From assembly GCA_951406725.2 (NCBI GenBank), contig OX597838.1:40300001-40364000 (forward strand): a stretch of 64,000 bases of DNA. Direction: 5' to 3'. Below the pieces are notes generated by a model. It was not told the DNA's origin and made no database searches. It saw only the letters and a list, made by a program, of their open reading frames with translations. The stretch's first letter is position 1, and each line of letters begins with the position of its first letter. This DNA comes from Octopus vulgaris. Taxonomy: Eukaryota. Below are positions 12,200-24,189 of the stretch, piece after piece. Position numbers and translations under genes: made by a program.

Positions 12200-13103
12200 G
12201 AAAGAGTTAAGAGTTAAGATTGAGAAAACAACCTCTTTAGAAAGTCGAAAGTCGAAAGAAACTAACATTTGGGAAGAGATTTCACAAAATGTATGTAAGC
12301 TTTGTTTTTATAAATGTTAGTTGCATCGTGGGCATGTGATAGAATATATCAGGGTTTTGCTTTTGTAATTCATAGTTGCATTCACCTTTAATCCTTTTTC
12401 CATTCTTGAATCTTTCGGTTGGTCCCTGTTCTATTAGATCACATGCCCCACATCGGGGGTGGGGGGTCACCACATTTGGTAACTTGCATCATTTCCTCTG
12501 GTGTGAATCTTTCTTTGGTTAGAAGTTTGTTAAGGTTTGGTGGTTGCCTTCGGCTGTTGATTATCTATTGTTCCTTGGTTATTTGTTGGGGACATGGGGA
12601 TTGGTGTAGAATCATCATCATCATAGCATTACGGATGTCCTGTTGCTGGATGCCTGTATCCCTGGAGATTACATCAGAGTAGGAGAGTGTGCGCTCTCTG
12701 GTATCGCGAGTAGATGGCTTCCAGAGGAGAAGAGGAGAAATTGCCTCGTTTTCAGCTCTACAACAGTGTCCAGCAAACTGGACTCTCCTACCTTTCACAA
12801 GAGATGACACAGGTGGTAGTTTACCATATATTTGCATTTTGGATGATGCTTCCACGAGAGATTTTGAGCTCTCATAAGGAGGCGAGTGTAGGTTCCATCC
12901 AACCGCCTCTCAAGCTTCTTTGATAACGTCCAGGTTTCTGAGCCATATAGTAGAATTGGTTCGACTGTGGCTTTGAAGATTTTAAGTTTGAAGTCTCTAC
13001 TTAGAATAGGTAGAAGGTTTTTGGCTGTTTGTAGAATATTGTGGTTTTTGGAATTGTGAGTGATAACAAATGGAATATTTTTATGTTCATTTTTCGAAAT
13101 CAA
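12200..13103 (-). mobile_element. Decayed PLE fragment (RT thumb, Cys linker, start of endonuclease), split by an RTE insertion
   Basis: IPFVITHN...LLPIL|HQSP...RRQPPNLNKLLTK...KCGDP..RCGACDLI rejoin once 12613-13001 is removed. Confidence 0.65.
12613..13001 (-). mobile_element. 5'-truncated RTE LINE with (TGA)n tail
   Basis: IFKATVEPILLYGSETWTL...RRVQFAGHC. Flanked by TAGAAT at 12607-12612 and 13002-13007. Confidence 0.85.
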
Positions 13104-13418
13104 CTGGCAAAACCATGAACCAAAGAATATTCCGCGTAAATTCCGACTCCCCTATATGAATTCGGAGTCAAATAGAGTAACTCAGATTCGTTTAATCTTA
13201 TTTCATAAGATTTCTGAGTCCGAAACTTAACCGGAAATAGTCAACAACAATTTTACTGAAAGCAACTTCCATTATATATAATAGCACGTGCTTGAAAACT
13301 TTAAAACTGAAAGCGCTTGCACATTTATAAAAGCAAAACCTACACACATTTTGTGAAATGTCTTCCCAAAGGTTAGTGTCTTTCGCAATTTTAACTCTTT
13401 GAGAAAAAATCTTTTCTC

Positions 13419-13452
<34 letters not shown>

Positions 13453-13534
13453 TAATTGCGATTCTGTTGAATGAGGTACTTAAGTTGAAGCACCAAAATT
13501 AGTGCGGTATTATCCGTACAACTCAAAGCAAGGT

Positions 13535-13841
13535 AAATAAAATCAAAATAAACAACAGGATATCCAGAGTGATGCAGTACGACCGTTTCAAGCAGCTCCA
13601 TTTAATTTAACAATGCAATCATTACATCAATTTTAATGCGAGGCTATTCCCAGCTGCATAAATAAATAGAATTTTTTAATCAGTCAGCTACATTAATATA
13701 ATTTTACTTAAATTAATATGTCCGACTGATTAAAAATTTATATTTACTTATTTATGCAACTGATGTAATGATTGCATTGTTCAATTAAATGGAGCCGCTG
13801 GAAACGGTCGTACCTCTAGATATCCTGTTGCTTATTTTGAT

Positions 13842-13843
<2 letters not shown>
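13535..13843. repeat. Imperfect fold-back repeat (pLTR-like) with a degenerate hammerhead
   Basis: ~13540-13700 is the reverse complement of ~13712-13843. Confidence 0.75.
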
Positions 13844-13899
<56 letters not shown>

Positions 13900-13908
13900 A
13901 ATACATAT

Positions 13909-14992
13909 ATCAAGTTGGCAAGAAATTAATTATGTTTTTCGCAAATAGATAGAGTTACGATTTTTTTAATGACTTTTGTCAATGTTATGCTTTTTTCATT
14001 TTGACGTGTGACAGCCGTTACTTTTAGCTTGCTTTAGAAGCAAATTGCGCGAAATTTTGTTTACAGCTGTTAGCTCACTGCCAATTTTATCATGGGGTGC
14101 AAAAACGATTTTTTTCGCCTTATTTTATCTCTTTATTTCCGTAAAGGCAAGAAAGTTTATGGTGTTGATTGATGTCAGATATTGTTTAAAAAATTCCGTT
14201 CTGGAAATCTTTCACTCAAAGATGTTTAACATTCTGGTTGACCTACCGAAGTTGATGATGGCCGAATCAAAGCCAATATTGAATCTGATTCTTTTCTACT
14301 CTAGGCACTAGGCCCGAAATTTTGGAGGAAGGGGCCTGTACGCAACTGATACTTAATTTATTGACCCCGAAAGGATGAAAGGCAAAGGCAACCTTGGTGG
14401 AATTTGAACTCAGAAAGTAGCGACGGGCGAAATTCCGCCAGGCATTTCGCCCGTCCTGCTTACGTTTCTGCCAGCTCATCGCCTTGATGGAACCTTTGTT
14501 TTGTTGATTTGTCCAGTTTCGAACTTACCCCGATCATGTCAAGTCAAAACCTCACATGATCTTTTCTCGCTGAGAGTGATCACCATTGTGCCTTCTTTTC
14601 TTTTTTTCTATTAATATGATTGTCATATAACTTTGTGAGAAATTGCAGAAAGAGTAAATGCATCACACAACAATAGAAAAATCACTTAAAGTGTCTTGGA
14701 CTCGTTAAGAAGCTTGATGTTTGGATTCCACATAAATTGAAAGAGATTCACTTAACACAACGAATCAATATTTGCGATGTGTATCTCAAACGCAATGAAA
14801 TCGACCTTTTTTGAAACGAATCGTCTCTGGTAACGGAAAATGGATTGTCTACAATAACATCAATTGAAAACGATAATGATCCAAGCGTAACGAACCAGCA
14901 CAAACCACATCGAAAGCTGAATTGCATAAAAAAAGTTATGCTGTCAATTTGGTGGGATTACAAAGGTGTTATGCATGTTGAGCTGCTTCCGG
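13909..14992 (+). mobile_element. Decayed mariner transposon interrupted by a SINE B
   Basis: KFRSGNLSLKD..SG*PTEVDD before the insertion. After it: KKLDVWIPHKL...RIVSGNGKW...VMLSIWWDYKG (WVPHEL and TGDEKW motifs). Confidence 0.85.
14290..14484 (-). mobile_element. SINE family B inserted in the mariner element
   Basis: Matches 27340-27504. Confidence 0.8.
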
Positions 14993-15100
14993 TCTTCTTA
15001 AACAGTTGACGTTCAGTAGGTAGCTTTCGCAGGATGCTACCCGGCAGCAAATGCGCTTATAAAGAAAACTCATATGTAATATATGTTCGAACAATATATG

Positions 15101-15490
15101 TTTTAGTCATTTGACTGTGGCCATGCTGGAGCACCGCTTTTAGTCGAGCAAATCGACCCCAGGACTTATTCTTTGTAAGCCTGGTACTTATTCTATCGGT
15201 CTCTTTTGCAGAACCGCTAAGTTACTGGGAGGTAAACACACCAGCATCGGTTGTCAAGCAATGCTAGGGGGGACAAACACAGACATACAAACATATACAC
15301 ACACACATATATATATATACATATATACGACAGGCTTCTTTCAGTTTCCGTCTACCAAATCCACTCACAAGGCTTTGGTCGACCCGAGGCTATAGTAGAA
15401 GACACTTGCCCAAGGTGCCACGCAGTGGGACTGAACCCGGAACCATGTGGTTGGTACGCAAGCTACTTACCACACAGCCACTCCTGCGCC
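15101..15490 (-). mobile_element. tRNA-derived SINE family C, full length
   Basis: Reverse complement of the 20331-20738 type. Confidence 0.9.
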
Positions 15491-16361
15491 TATAAGTACA
15501 TCTTTTAAATTCATTTACGTGAAACAATCACAACCTAATGATGCTAACTGTTAAACCAGTTTTTTGTGGGGGCTGCATCGAACTGTTCCGATATAATGTA
15601 GGATAAATTAACATTTAATGGATCGCTACAGGCGTCTCCACAAGTAACGTGTCTTAAGATCACAGTCTGTGTAATACACTTTATATACATACATACTGGT
15701 ACAAATTTCATTCAATAGCTTTCTCGTGTTTTAAACAAACAAATATATACGTATGCATGAATATATGTGTTTATGTACGCGCGTGTATGTTTGCTTGTTT
15801 TAAAAGTAATCAATGTAATGTATGTTGAAATTAAGTACGTATGTATGCATGTATGTGTGTATGTATGTATTAAGTACATATGTATGTATGCAAGTATGGA
15901 TATGCATATAGCTATACATATGTGTGTGTGTCTGTACGTGTATAAATATACATATGCATCTGTCAACTGAAAACTAATTGAATCTATATATTTACAAATG
16001 TATTTACAGGAAAAACGTAATTAAAATTTCCTGTCGACTATTTTAGAGGCAGTTAATTGCAATTTTAATCAGAATAATGTTACTGTTAGTTATGATGACT
16101 GTGATGATGATAATGATGTTGATTAAGAGACGGTGGAAGAGAAAGAGTATGGGAATCGCGGTGGTGATGGAGATGTCGACAAAGCAGTTAACTATGACAT
16201 TCGACATTTTGTTAGTAATACCGATAATAATATAATTACCGAACTAAACGAAAAGAAAACTGGATGACAAATGGTGATGAGGATAAACAGAGCAGATCAA
16301 AATGAAAGAAAATTCAGCTAAATAAACTCTTAACTTCACAATCTTCATTTTCTTCTTCTCC

Positions 16362-16412
<51 letters not shown>

Positions 16413-16514
16413 CTAAAATGACACTTCAATTCGTGCTATATATGTTTCACGAGCATGGTAATTTATTACTTATTCATGCATACAATTACATTACGGCATA
16501 CAGTCTAGGGTACG

Positions 16515-16577
<63 letters not shown>

Positions 16578-16580
<3 letters not shown>

Positions 16581-16690
16581 GAGGCGCAATGGCCCAGTGG
16601 TTAGGGCAGAGGACTCGCGGTTTCGATTCCCAGACCGGGCGTTGTGAGTGTTTATTGATCGAAAGCACCGAAAGCTCCAATCCCTGCTGT
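16578..16690 (+). mobile_element. SINE family A head, internally deleted
   Basis: GTGGAGGCGCAATGGCCCAGTGGTTAGGG...GTTTCGATTCCCAGACCGGGCG. Confidence 0.8.
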
Positions 16691-17419
16691 ACTCACACAA
16701 ACACACACACACTCACGCCTGGTGGCTTTGGTACACACACACACGCACCTCCCCAACCCCACACAACAATGATCCGTCATTGTTTTGATCCTCGCTGTTC
16801 TGAATGCACACAGTAATATTGCTTCTAAGATGTCTGCCGTAGGATTTGTGTTAACGGTATAACATCCTTTTGGATATGGTCAAAGTGTAATACATCTCGC
16901 AAATGATAAAACAAAAGTGTTTTAAAAATTCTCCTCTCTTTTTTTTTCAATAAATAGATGTTCATGTACACACACAGACACACACGCCCAACCACCACCA
17001 CACACACACTCATAAATGTCCCTAAATCTGAAGATCATCAATAAATCACGAAAAAATAAATGCTTGTATAATCCATCTTTCCTAAGTATTAATAACTGTC
17101 CTAAGGAACTTAAAGGTGCGTTTGATTTTATGATTGAATTAAGAGGAAGAGAAGAATGAGGAAGAAAGGTGATTGCGGTTGCAGGAGGGAGGAGGGGAAG
17201 AGGAAGAACGAGAAAAAGAAGGAAACGAAAGAAGCAACGAATAAACAAAATAAAAAGAGGAAAGTATGAAAGGGAAGATGAAGAACAAAATAGAAAAAAG
17301 ATGAAAAGAAGAGAAGAATAAAGTGAAGGAGGATAAGGAAATGGAGAGAGTTTGAGGAACATTTTGCCCAGATTATTGAGGAGAGAAGGCGGCAGAGATT
17401 TGATGATATTAATATTAGA

Positions 17420-17582
17420 TTAACTTTGGCACAAAGCCAACAATTTTGGGGATCGAGTAAGTCTTCAACTGATACTTATTTCGTCGACGCCGAAAGGTTA
17501 AAAACAAATCCCTTCATAGCATTTGAACTCAGAATGTAAAGAATTTGTCCGGCGTGCAAACGGCTCTGCCAGCTCTCTGCCT
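17420..17582 (-). mobile_element. Diverged SINE family B
   Basis: TTTGGCACAA...TTTGAACTCAGAATGTAA...GGCGTGCAAACGGCTCTGCCAGCTC. Confidence 0.6.
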
Positions 17583-17585
17583 TAA

Positions 17586-17980
17586 TACTCTTTACTCTTT
17601 TACTTATTTCAGTCATTTGACTGCGGCCATGCTGGAGCACCGCCTTTTAGTCGAGCAAATCGACCCCGGGACTTATTCTTTGTAAGCCCAGTACTTATTA
17701 TATCGGTCTCTTTTGCCGAACCGCTATGTGACGGGGACGTAAACACACCAGCATCGGTTGTCAAGCAATGCTAGGGGGACAAACACAGACACTCAAACAT
17801 ATGCAGAAACACATACATATATATATATATATATACATATATACGACAGGCTTCTTTCAGTTTCCGTCTACCAAATCCACTCACAAGGCATTGGTCGGCC
17901 CTATATGCCACGCAGTGGGACTGAACCCAAAACCATGTGGTTGGTTAGCAAGCTACTTACCACACAGCCACTCCCGCGCC
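17586..17980 (-). mobile_element. SINE family C
   Basis: High identity to the other C copies, with a small internal deletion. Confidence 0.9.
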
Positions 17981-18331
17981 TGTTAATATTATATTTATAT
18001 TATATTAATAATGTGTTAATAATGTACACAATATTAAAAATATATTAAGAGCGATGTTGCTGGTTTTAGTAGCTCCCTCTCACCACTCATAAGTTAACCT
18101 TCAAAGGATTCGTGCAGATTTCTTTTTATCTCCTCTGCTCCTCATCTACTTTCTCTTTCTCTCTCTTCATTTTTCTTCTTTTTCGTTCCCATTTCATTAG
18201 ATATTATTACTACTGCTTGTTTTGCCCGAGATAAATGAAAACATTGGTCTTCAAGAGATTCAACGACGTGTTTATTATCCTCCCAGAATATGTAAATAAA
18301 TAGATAAAATATCAGAGTTAGGCTCCCTTAG

Positions 18332-18412
18332 AAATGTTACAATTTATGACATTACGACGACGGAATTCAGCAATGAGAACACCTTTCCATGGCTGTTTCA
18401 CGTAGAAACAAT
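18332..18412 (+). CDS. Predicted coding exon 3 (phase 2>2): NVTIYDITTTEFSNENTFPWLFHVET
   Basis: ctcccttag acceptor, gtgagg donor, 81 nt open frame. Confidence 0.65.
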
Positions 18413-19199
18413 GTGAGGCTATAAATGTTATAAAACTAAAATTATTATGATTAAAATACTTTGTCGTTAGCGATGCAATCTAAGATGAGCTCCACTTGGA
18501 ATTGATGCCGAGTTTCAAACCCAGCCAGAAGCTCCGGTTCCTCTTCTTAAAACCAATCATAGTCATAATAAGTATTTGATCTCAACAATATAGGAACCCC
18601 AGTCAAAATGTCTTAATCCGGCTCACCTCCTCCCCATCTCTTCCCCTTCTTCTTCTCTTCCTCCTTTTCACACCCTCCTTCTTCCACTTCTTTTTTTCGC
18701 TTCTTTTCTATTTATTTATTAGTTCTTTATTTAAGTTTCAATAGCATCCTCTCCTACCAAATTTGTGTAATCAGCTAAAATACCTGGGAAACCTTGCTTA
18801 AGGACTTACCAAGTCAATCACCACTTTTAGCAGGTCTCGTAGGACGAAATTTTTCTCTGATGATGATGCAAGTTTTGAACTCAGATCGCACAACACCAAA
18901 ATAGATAACGTAAGACATCTACTTAAGACATTTACGTAAGACATCTTCCTAAAGTCTCATGTACAACCGCTAAACACTACTATATTTATTGACACAGAAA
19001 GGATAAAAAGCAAAGAGGACTTAGACAGGGCTTCAAATCAGTGTAAACAAGCGGAACAAGTATAACGGGTATACTATGCCAGACTATTTAAGCGTGACTC
19101 TAAAACGTGACTCTATAGCACGCAGGAGAGGTAAAACATCAGTAAGAGAAACAACCCAAAATGAAAAAGAAATTTTAAAAAAAGATAATTATAAAGTCC

Positions 19200-19640
19200 G
19201 GATCTTTTCAGATTGAACGGCAGTTTTTAACATAATTTCTAGGTAACTAAGAAATTTTTTAACTTCGTATACTGGTAGAATGTGTTTATAAAACATTTTT
19301 TCTCTTGGCTTTTTTGAGAAAATTCTATAGTTTGTAAGATATTTGTAGTATTTTTTCTTCAATTTCTGCAATTTCAACCAATCAGTGACGTCTATTGAGT
19401 TAAAAAACATTCTGTGCCGTATGAATATGTCCCTCGTTTAAGAAACAGATTGGATTTATTTACATTTGTGAAGAAAAAAGATACCCTTCCTCCACCCCTA
19501 ACCATAACCCTAACTAACCCTAACTAACCCTAACCCTTAAACAGATTGAAATGCAATAGACCGATACTAGGGTCATAATTATGGGTGACAATTTCATATG
19601 ACACCGCTAGAAAAAACTGCCGTTGAAACCGAAAAGATCC
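19200..19640. mobile_element. MITE with ~29-bp TIRs and an 8-bp TSD (Merlin-like GG terminus)
   Basis: GGATCTTTTCAGATTGAACGGCAGTTTTT / AAAAACTGCCGTTGAAACCGAAAAGATCC. TSD TAAAGTCC at 19192-19199 and 19641-19648. Confidence 0.9.
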
Positions 19641-20330
19641 TAAAGTCCGAATCAATTCGAAGTATAAATATAGAGTAGAACGAACGACAATCCTAATAAT
19701 AATCGATTTCAGTTGCTCAACACCGAATTTTGCAAGGCTCGGTATTTAATGATATCGTTTTTATCGATCTCGTTGGAATACAAAAAGGAAAAAAATCAAA
19801 GTTACTATCTTTGACAAGAAACAAAAGCTAAAACTGGAGAAATTAATTCTGTCAAACATTTAATCCATTTACCCTCTTTGTTTGTCGGTTCCACTACCAA
19901 CAGCCTTCGCTCTCAAAAGAACCTTTTTATAGGATTTAGTAAATAGGCATTTGCAAACCAAAAGTGCTTCAATTTTTTTTTTAGTTTTTCTTAATATATA
20001 TTTTTAGTAAATATGATCTTTCGATATACGTGATCGTTGTTCGTTATTATATTTTCTTTGTGAGATGCATTAACGTTAATATTCCGGCTACAAAATCTTA
20101 ATGGTGATCCCCGATACAGATGAGGTAAAGGTTTCGATAAACTTTTTCGATACTAATAAGCCAATGCTACGAGAATATTTTTTTGTTTTTTTTCTGAATT
20201 TATTCGGATATATTTCGGTCTTTAACATGTGTGTTAGTTGTTATCGAAGTTTATTGATCGATTAGCATTTTAGATGGGATCACAAAATGGAAACTGTGAT
20301 CGTAAATTTTTTGTAGAAAATCCATGTATA

Positions 20331-20738
20331 GGCGCAGGAGTGGCTGTGTGGTAAGTAGCTTGCTAACCAACCACATGGTTCCGGGTTCAGTCCCACTGCG
20401 TAGCATCTTGGGCAAGTGTCTTCTGCTATAGCCCCGGGCCGACCAATGCCTTGTGAGTGGATTTGGTAGACGGAAACTGAAAGAAGCCTGTCGTATATAT
20501 ATGTATATATATATATGTATGTGTGTGTGTTTGTCCCCCTAGCATTGCTTGACAACCGATGCTGGTGTGTTTACGTCCCCGTCACTTAGCGGTTCGGCAA
20601 AAGAGACCGATAGAATAAGTACTGGGCTTACAAAGAATAAGTCCCGTGGTCGATTTGCTCGACTAAAAGGCGGTGCTCCAGCATGGCCGCAGTCAAATGA
20701 CTGAAACAAGTAAAAGAGTAAAAAGAGTAAAAGAGAGA
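20331..20738 (+). mobile_element. SINE family C, full length
   Basis: A box TGGCTGTGTGG, B box GTTCAGTCC, CORE-like TTGGGCAAGT, central TA/TG repeat, (GTAAAAGA)n tail. Confidence 0.92.
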
Positions 20739-21044
20739 GTTTACGGCAGGTCTTGCCGTTTCATTTGTGTAAACGACTTCTTACGTGGCCTGGTGCTAAG
20801 TAGTTGGAAATATGACCCTCAAATTTAACATAAGTATTAAGCTAGCTAGAAATAGCATCCAATCCCCCCTCCAATCAACTGTATCCTACCAACTCAATAA
20901 AATCGCAACTCAAGGGGAATTTTCACCTATATATACAAATATGCGGGATATTCATGGAAGGAACTCTTCTGATCACAGAAAACGACAATGAAAAACAAAC
21001 TTCAAAAATGTACTGAAAGCTTTACAATTCAATTTTCGCTATAC

Positions 21045-21457
21045 CTTTTATTCTGTTACTTGTTTCAGTCATTTGACTGTGGCCATGCTGGAGCACCGCC
21101 TTTAGTCGAGCAAATCAACCCCGGGACTTATTCTTTGTAAGCCCAGTACTTATTCTATCGGTCTCTTCTGCAGAACCGCTACGTTACGGGGATGTAAACA
21201 CACCAGCATCGGTTGTCAAGCGATGTTGGGGGGACAAACACAGACACACAAACATATAGACACACACATACACATATATATATACACATATATACGACAG
21301 GCTTCTTTCAGTTTCCGTCTACCAAATCCACTCACAAGGCATTGGTCGGCCCAAAGCTATAGCAGAAGACACTTGCCCAAGATGCCACGCAGTGGGACTG
21401 AACCCGCAACCATGTAGTTGGTTAGCAAGCTACTTACCACACGGCCACTCCTACGCC
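21045..21457 (-). mobile_element. SINE family C
   Basis: Same as above, reversed. Confidence 0.9.
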
Positions 21458-21726
21458 TACAGACGTTGCTGTATAATTCTGAAAGAGTCAGGGGACAATT
21501 TTTTACTTTAAAGATATTTGCTAAACTGAAATTTTTTTCAGGGATATGCATGAGGACTGCAACACAACAGTCACTCAAAGAAAACAGAACAGAGGAAAAT
21601 TTCCTCCAAAGTTTGGCTCAACTACATTTAATAATAGGGAGAGTTTACGAAAACAACAAAAGACGAAGACAGGTGGCGTACAAAACAAGCAGATGTATTA
21701 GTATAACGCTCAGGAATAGAAAAAAG

Positions 21727-21764
21727 TCTTTTACGTTTCGAGCCTACGCTCTTCTACAGAAAGA
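21727..21764 (-). ncRNA. Minimal type I hammerhead-like motif (A6>U variant) in a pLTR-like repeat
   Basis: TCTTT-CTGTAGA-A-GAGC(GTAG)GCTC-GAAA-CG-TA-AAAGA. Confidence 0.55.
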
Positions 21765-22166
21765 GACACAGAAAAAACAAGGAGAGAAACAAGGAGAGAA
21801 AAAATGTGTGTAGTGGCTAAACTGATTTAAATATTGGCTGGTTGGTTGAGTCTCCAGTCACGCTTTGCACTGTATAGGACGAGGGGAAAGACAATAAAAG
21901 AGAGACACGAAGAGGGTTAACATCAGAGTTGCAGTAACTTACAACTTTCTAAAAATTAGAGATTTTTGTTATAAAATTATTCAGTTAGGTTTACGATGGA
22001 ACAGATTGCGATTGTGCTAAGAAACTTTAGAAAAATAGTAATTTTTATTTACTGCAAATGCGAAATTCGTTTTATTTAATTTTGCTTCTAAGTAATAAAT
22101 AGTTTTCTTTTGCAAATTACTATTCATTTCATCATTTTGCATCAACGTCACAACATTTGACACAAG

Positions 22167-22219
22167 TTGCATGTACGCCATATTGCCCATGCTGGCTAAA
22201 GTCACCTGTCACATGAAAG
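22167..22219 (+). CDS. Predicted coding exon 4 (phase 2>1): CMYAILPMLAKVTCHMK
   Basis: Weak aag acceptor and AAG|gtaaaa donor. Phase fits exons 3 and 5. Confidence 0.4.
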
Positions 22220-22278
22220 GTAAAAGTCACGTTGGAATATTTTCAAAAGAGCTGCATATAATTAGTGACCATTGTTGA

Positions 22279-22660
22279 TTGACCCGTGGTCTAGTGGGTA
22301 GGGTGTGACCCGTAGTCTAATGGTCAGAGTATGACCCGTGGTCTAGTGGTTAGGGTGTGACTAGTGGCTTAATTTGCGTGTGACCCATGGTCTAGTGGTT
22401 AGGGTGTGTCTAGGGATTTAGGTGTGACCCGTGATCTAGTGGTTAGGGTGTGATCCATGGTCTAATTATTTGGGTGTGGCCAATGGTCTTGCGATTAGGG
22501 TGTGACCCGTGGTCTTGCGGTTAAGGTGTGACCAGTGGTCTAGAGATTAGGGTATGATCCATGGTCTAGTGAATTGGGTGTAACTAGTGGTTAGTGTAGG
22601 ACCTGTGGTCTGGTTGTTAGGGTGTGACCAATGGCCCAGTGATTAGGGTGTGGCTCGTGC
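22279..22660 (+). repeat. ~26-bp diverged minisatellite (~15 units) resembling a tRNA 5' arm / Pol III A box
   Basis: Unit TGACCCGTGGTCTAGTGGTTAGGGTG. Confidence 0.9.
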
Positions 22661-22750
22661 GATTCTAAGTGTTCTATTTTTTGTAACAAAATACATCTTG
22701 TTATGTTGCCGATTTCCACTCAAATGTAAATGTGTTTCCTCAATAACCAG

Positions 22751-22796
22751 GACATGAACCCTCCGACCGACCGGCGTCCCATTCAGCTGAGGCGAA
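22751..22796 (+). CDS. Predicted coding exon 5 (phase 1>2): HEPSDRPASHSAEA
   Basis: ccag acceptor, gtaatc donor, GC-rich unique island. Together with exon 4 it keeps the frame. Confidence 0.4.
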
Positions 22797-23592
22797 GTAA
22801 TCTCAATCCCTTATATTTTATGGAAACCGAGTTAAGATCCAGTCTCATGAGTTCTGGGTCTCATGACAAACCCTAGTCTAAGTTTTTTTCATTGGCAAAC
22901 TGAGTCGCTAGAGTAAGAAGCGGCTCATCTGGTATAAACGTACGTTCATTTGTGGGTTGGGGGTTGATTTCTCAATCGTGTATATATATATGTGTGTGGG
23001 GGAAAGAGAGAGAGAGGGAGAGCGAGAGGGAGAGCGAGAGAGAGAGGGAGAAAGAGAGAGAGAGAGATTAGAAACATGCATTCTCTGTATAGAATAAACT
23101 TCGTAGGGCTCAAATGATTTGAAATTGAGGAGGTAGAACAGTAGATGTAAGGACAATCAAGTTAGGCAAGTCGGTGTACAAAAATAATAAATACATTAAA
23201 TACAGAAAATTTCCATATGAATACATATAAAAAAAATCCGACTTACACAAAATATAAATAATATCACAAATCAAAGGGGTTGCAAAAGAGTTTTGCGAGC
23301 ACAATAGCACTTTCCGGGGGTTTGATGGTCCAAAATAATGATTGTTAACTTGATTCCATCATCGGATAATAACAGCCTCCATCTTCAAGGAAGAATTTTA
23401 CATTTGAGGTGTTGACAGAACTGAGTTTAAATTAACTTGCCTCTTTTATCCTTTGTTATCCTTTGTTTATCGTTAACATGGAAAATTCAATAAACAGTTA
23501 CCAGGGTAGCAAAATTCACGCTAGTAACACGGATGAAGCGACCTATTCAAAGGTAGAAACTCCGGGTTAATGAGCAGTAATTTGTGTAGTAT

Positions 23593-23869
23593 GAGTAAAT
23601 AAATGGAGTTGAACGAAGATGTTATTAAAATTCTTTTACTTTCGACATACGTTTCGAAGACAACATTGGTTTTATTCCAAAGGAATAAACGGTGTATAAT
23701 GCAATCTTCTCATCAGGAAAGAAAAAGAAAGCAACAAGACATTATAACAATTACGATGACTGCCTAAATGATAAACAGAACGTTATTAAAAATAAGCGTG
23801 AGTAGATTCGAAACATATGTCGAAAGTAAAAGAATTTTAATAACATCTTCGTTCAACTCCGTTTATTTA

Positions 23870-23872
<3 letters not shown>
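23593..23872. repeat. Inverted pLTR-like pair (~23593-23658 and 23807-23872)
   Basis: GAGTAAATAAATGGAGTTGAACG...GTTTCGAA mirrored. Confidence 0.85.
23631..23729 (-). ncRNA. Type I hammerhead ribozyme candidate with an intact core
   Basis: TTCTTTTTCTTTC-CTGATGA-GAAGA(...)TCTTC-GAAA-C(GTAT)G-TC-GAAAGTAAAAGAA. Confidence 0.7.
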
Positions 23873-23961
<89 letters not shown>

Positions 23962-24189
23962 CAGAAGGAAAGAGAGAAAGGGGACAAAACAGAAATACAT
24001 TGAGTCAACAAAAGAATTGCTGGATGAGTGCTTGTTGACAAGCAATGAGTGAAAGAATGTCACATAAACACATTTAGTGGAGAAAGAATCATGGAAACAG
24101 AACTGGAGGTGGAGAAGGAGGAGTAAGTAAGATGTATTTGATAAAAGTCACCTTATAATTACTGTATTTAGGGAGTTCTTGTCTTCCTT

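Noticed and set aside
20331-20400. tRNA genes at SINE heads
   Set aside because: A and B boxes continue into SINE bodies, and there is no clean cloverleaf or terminator.
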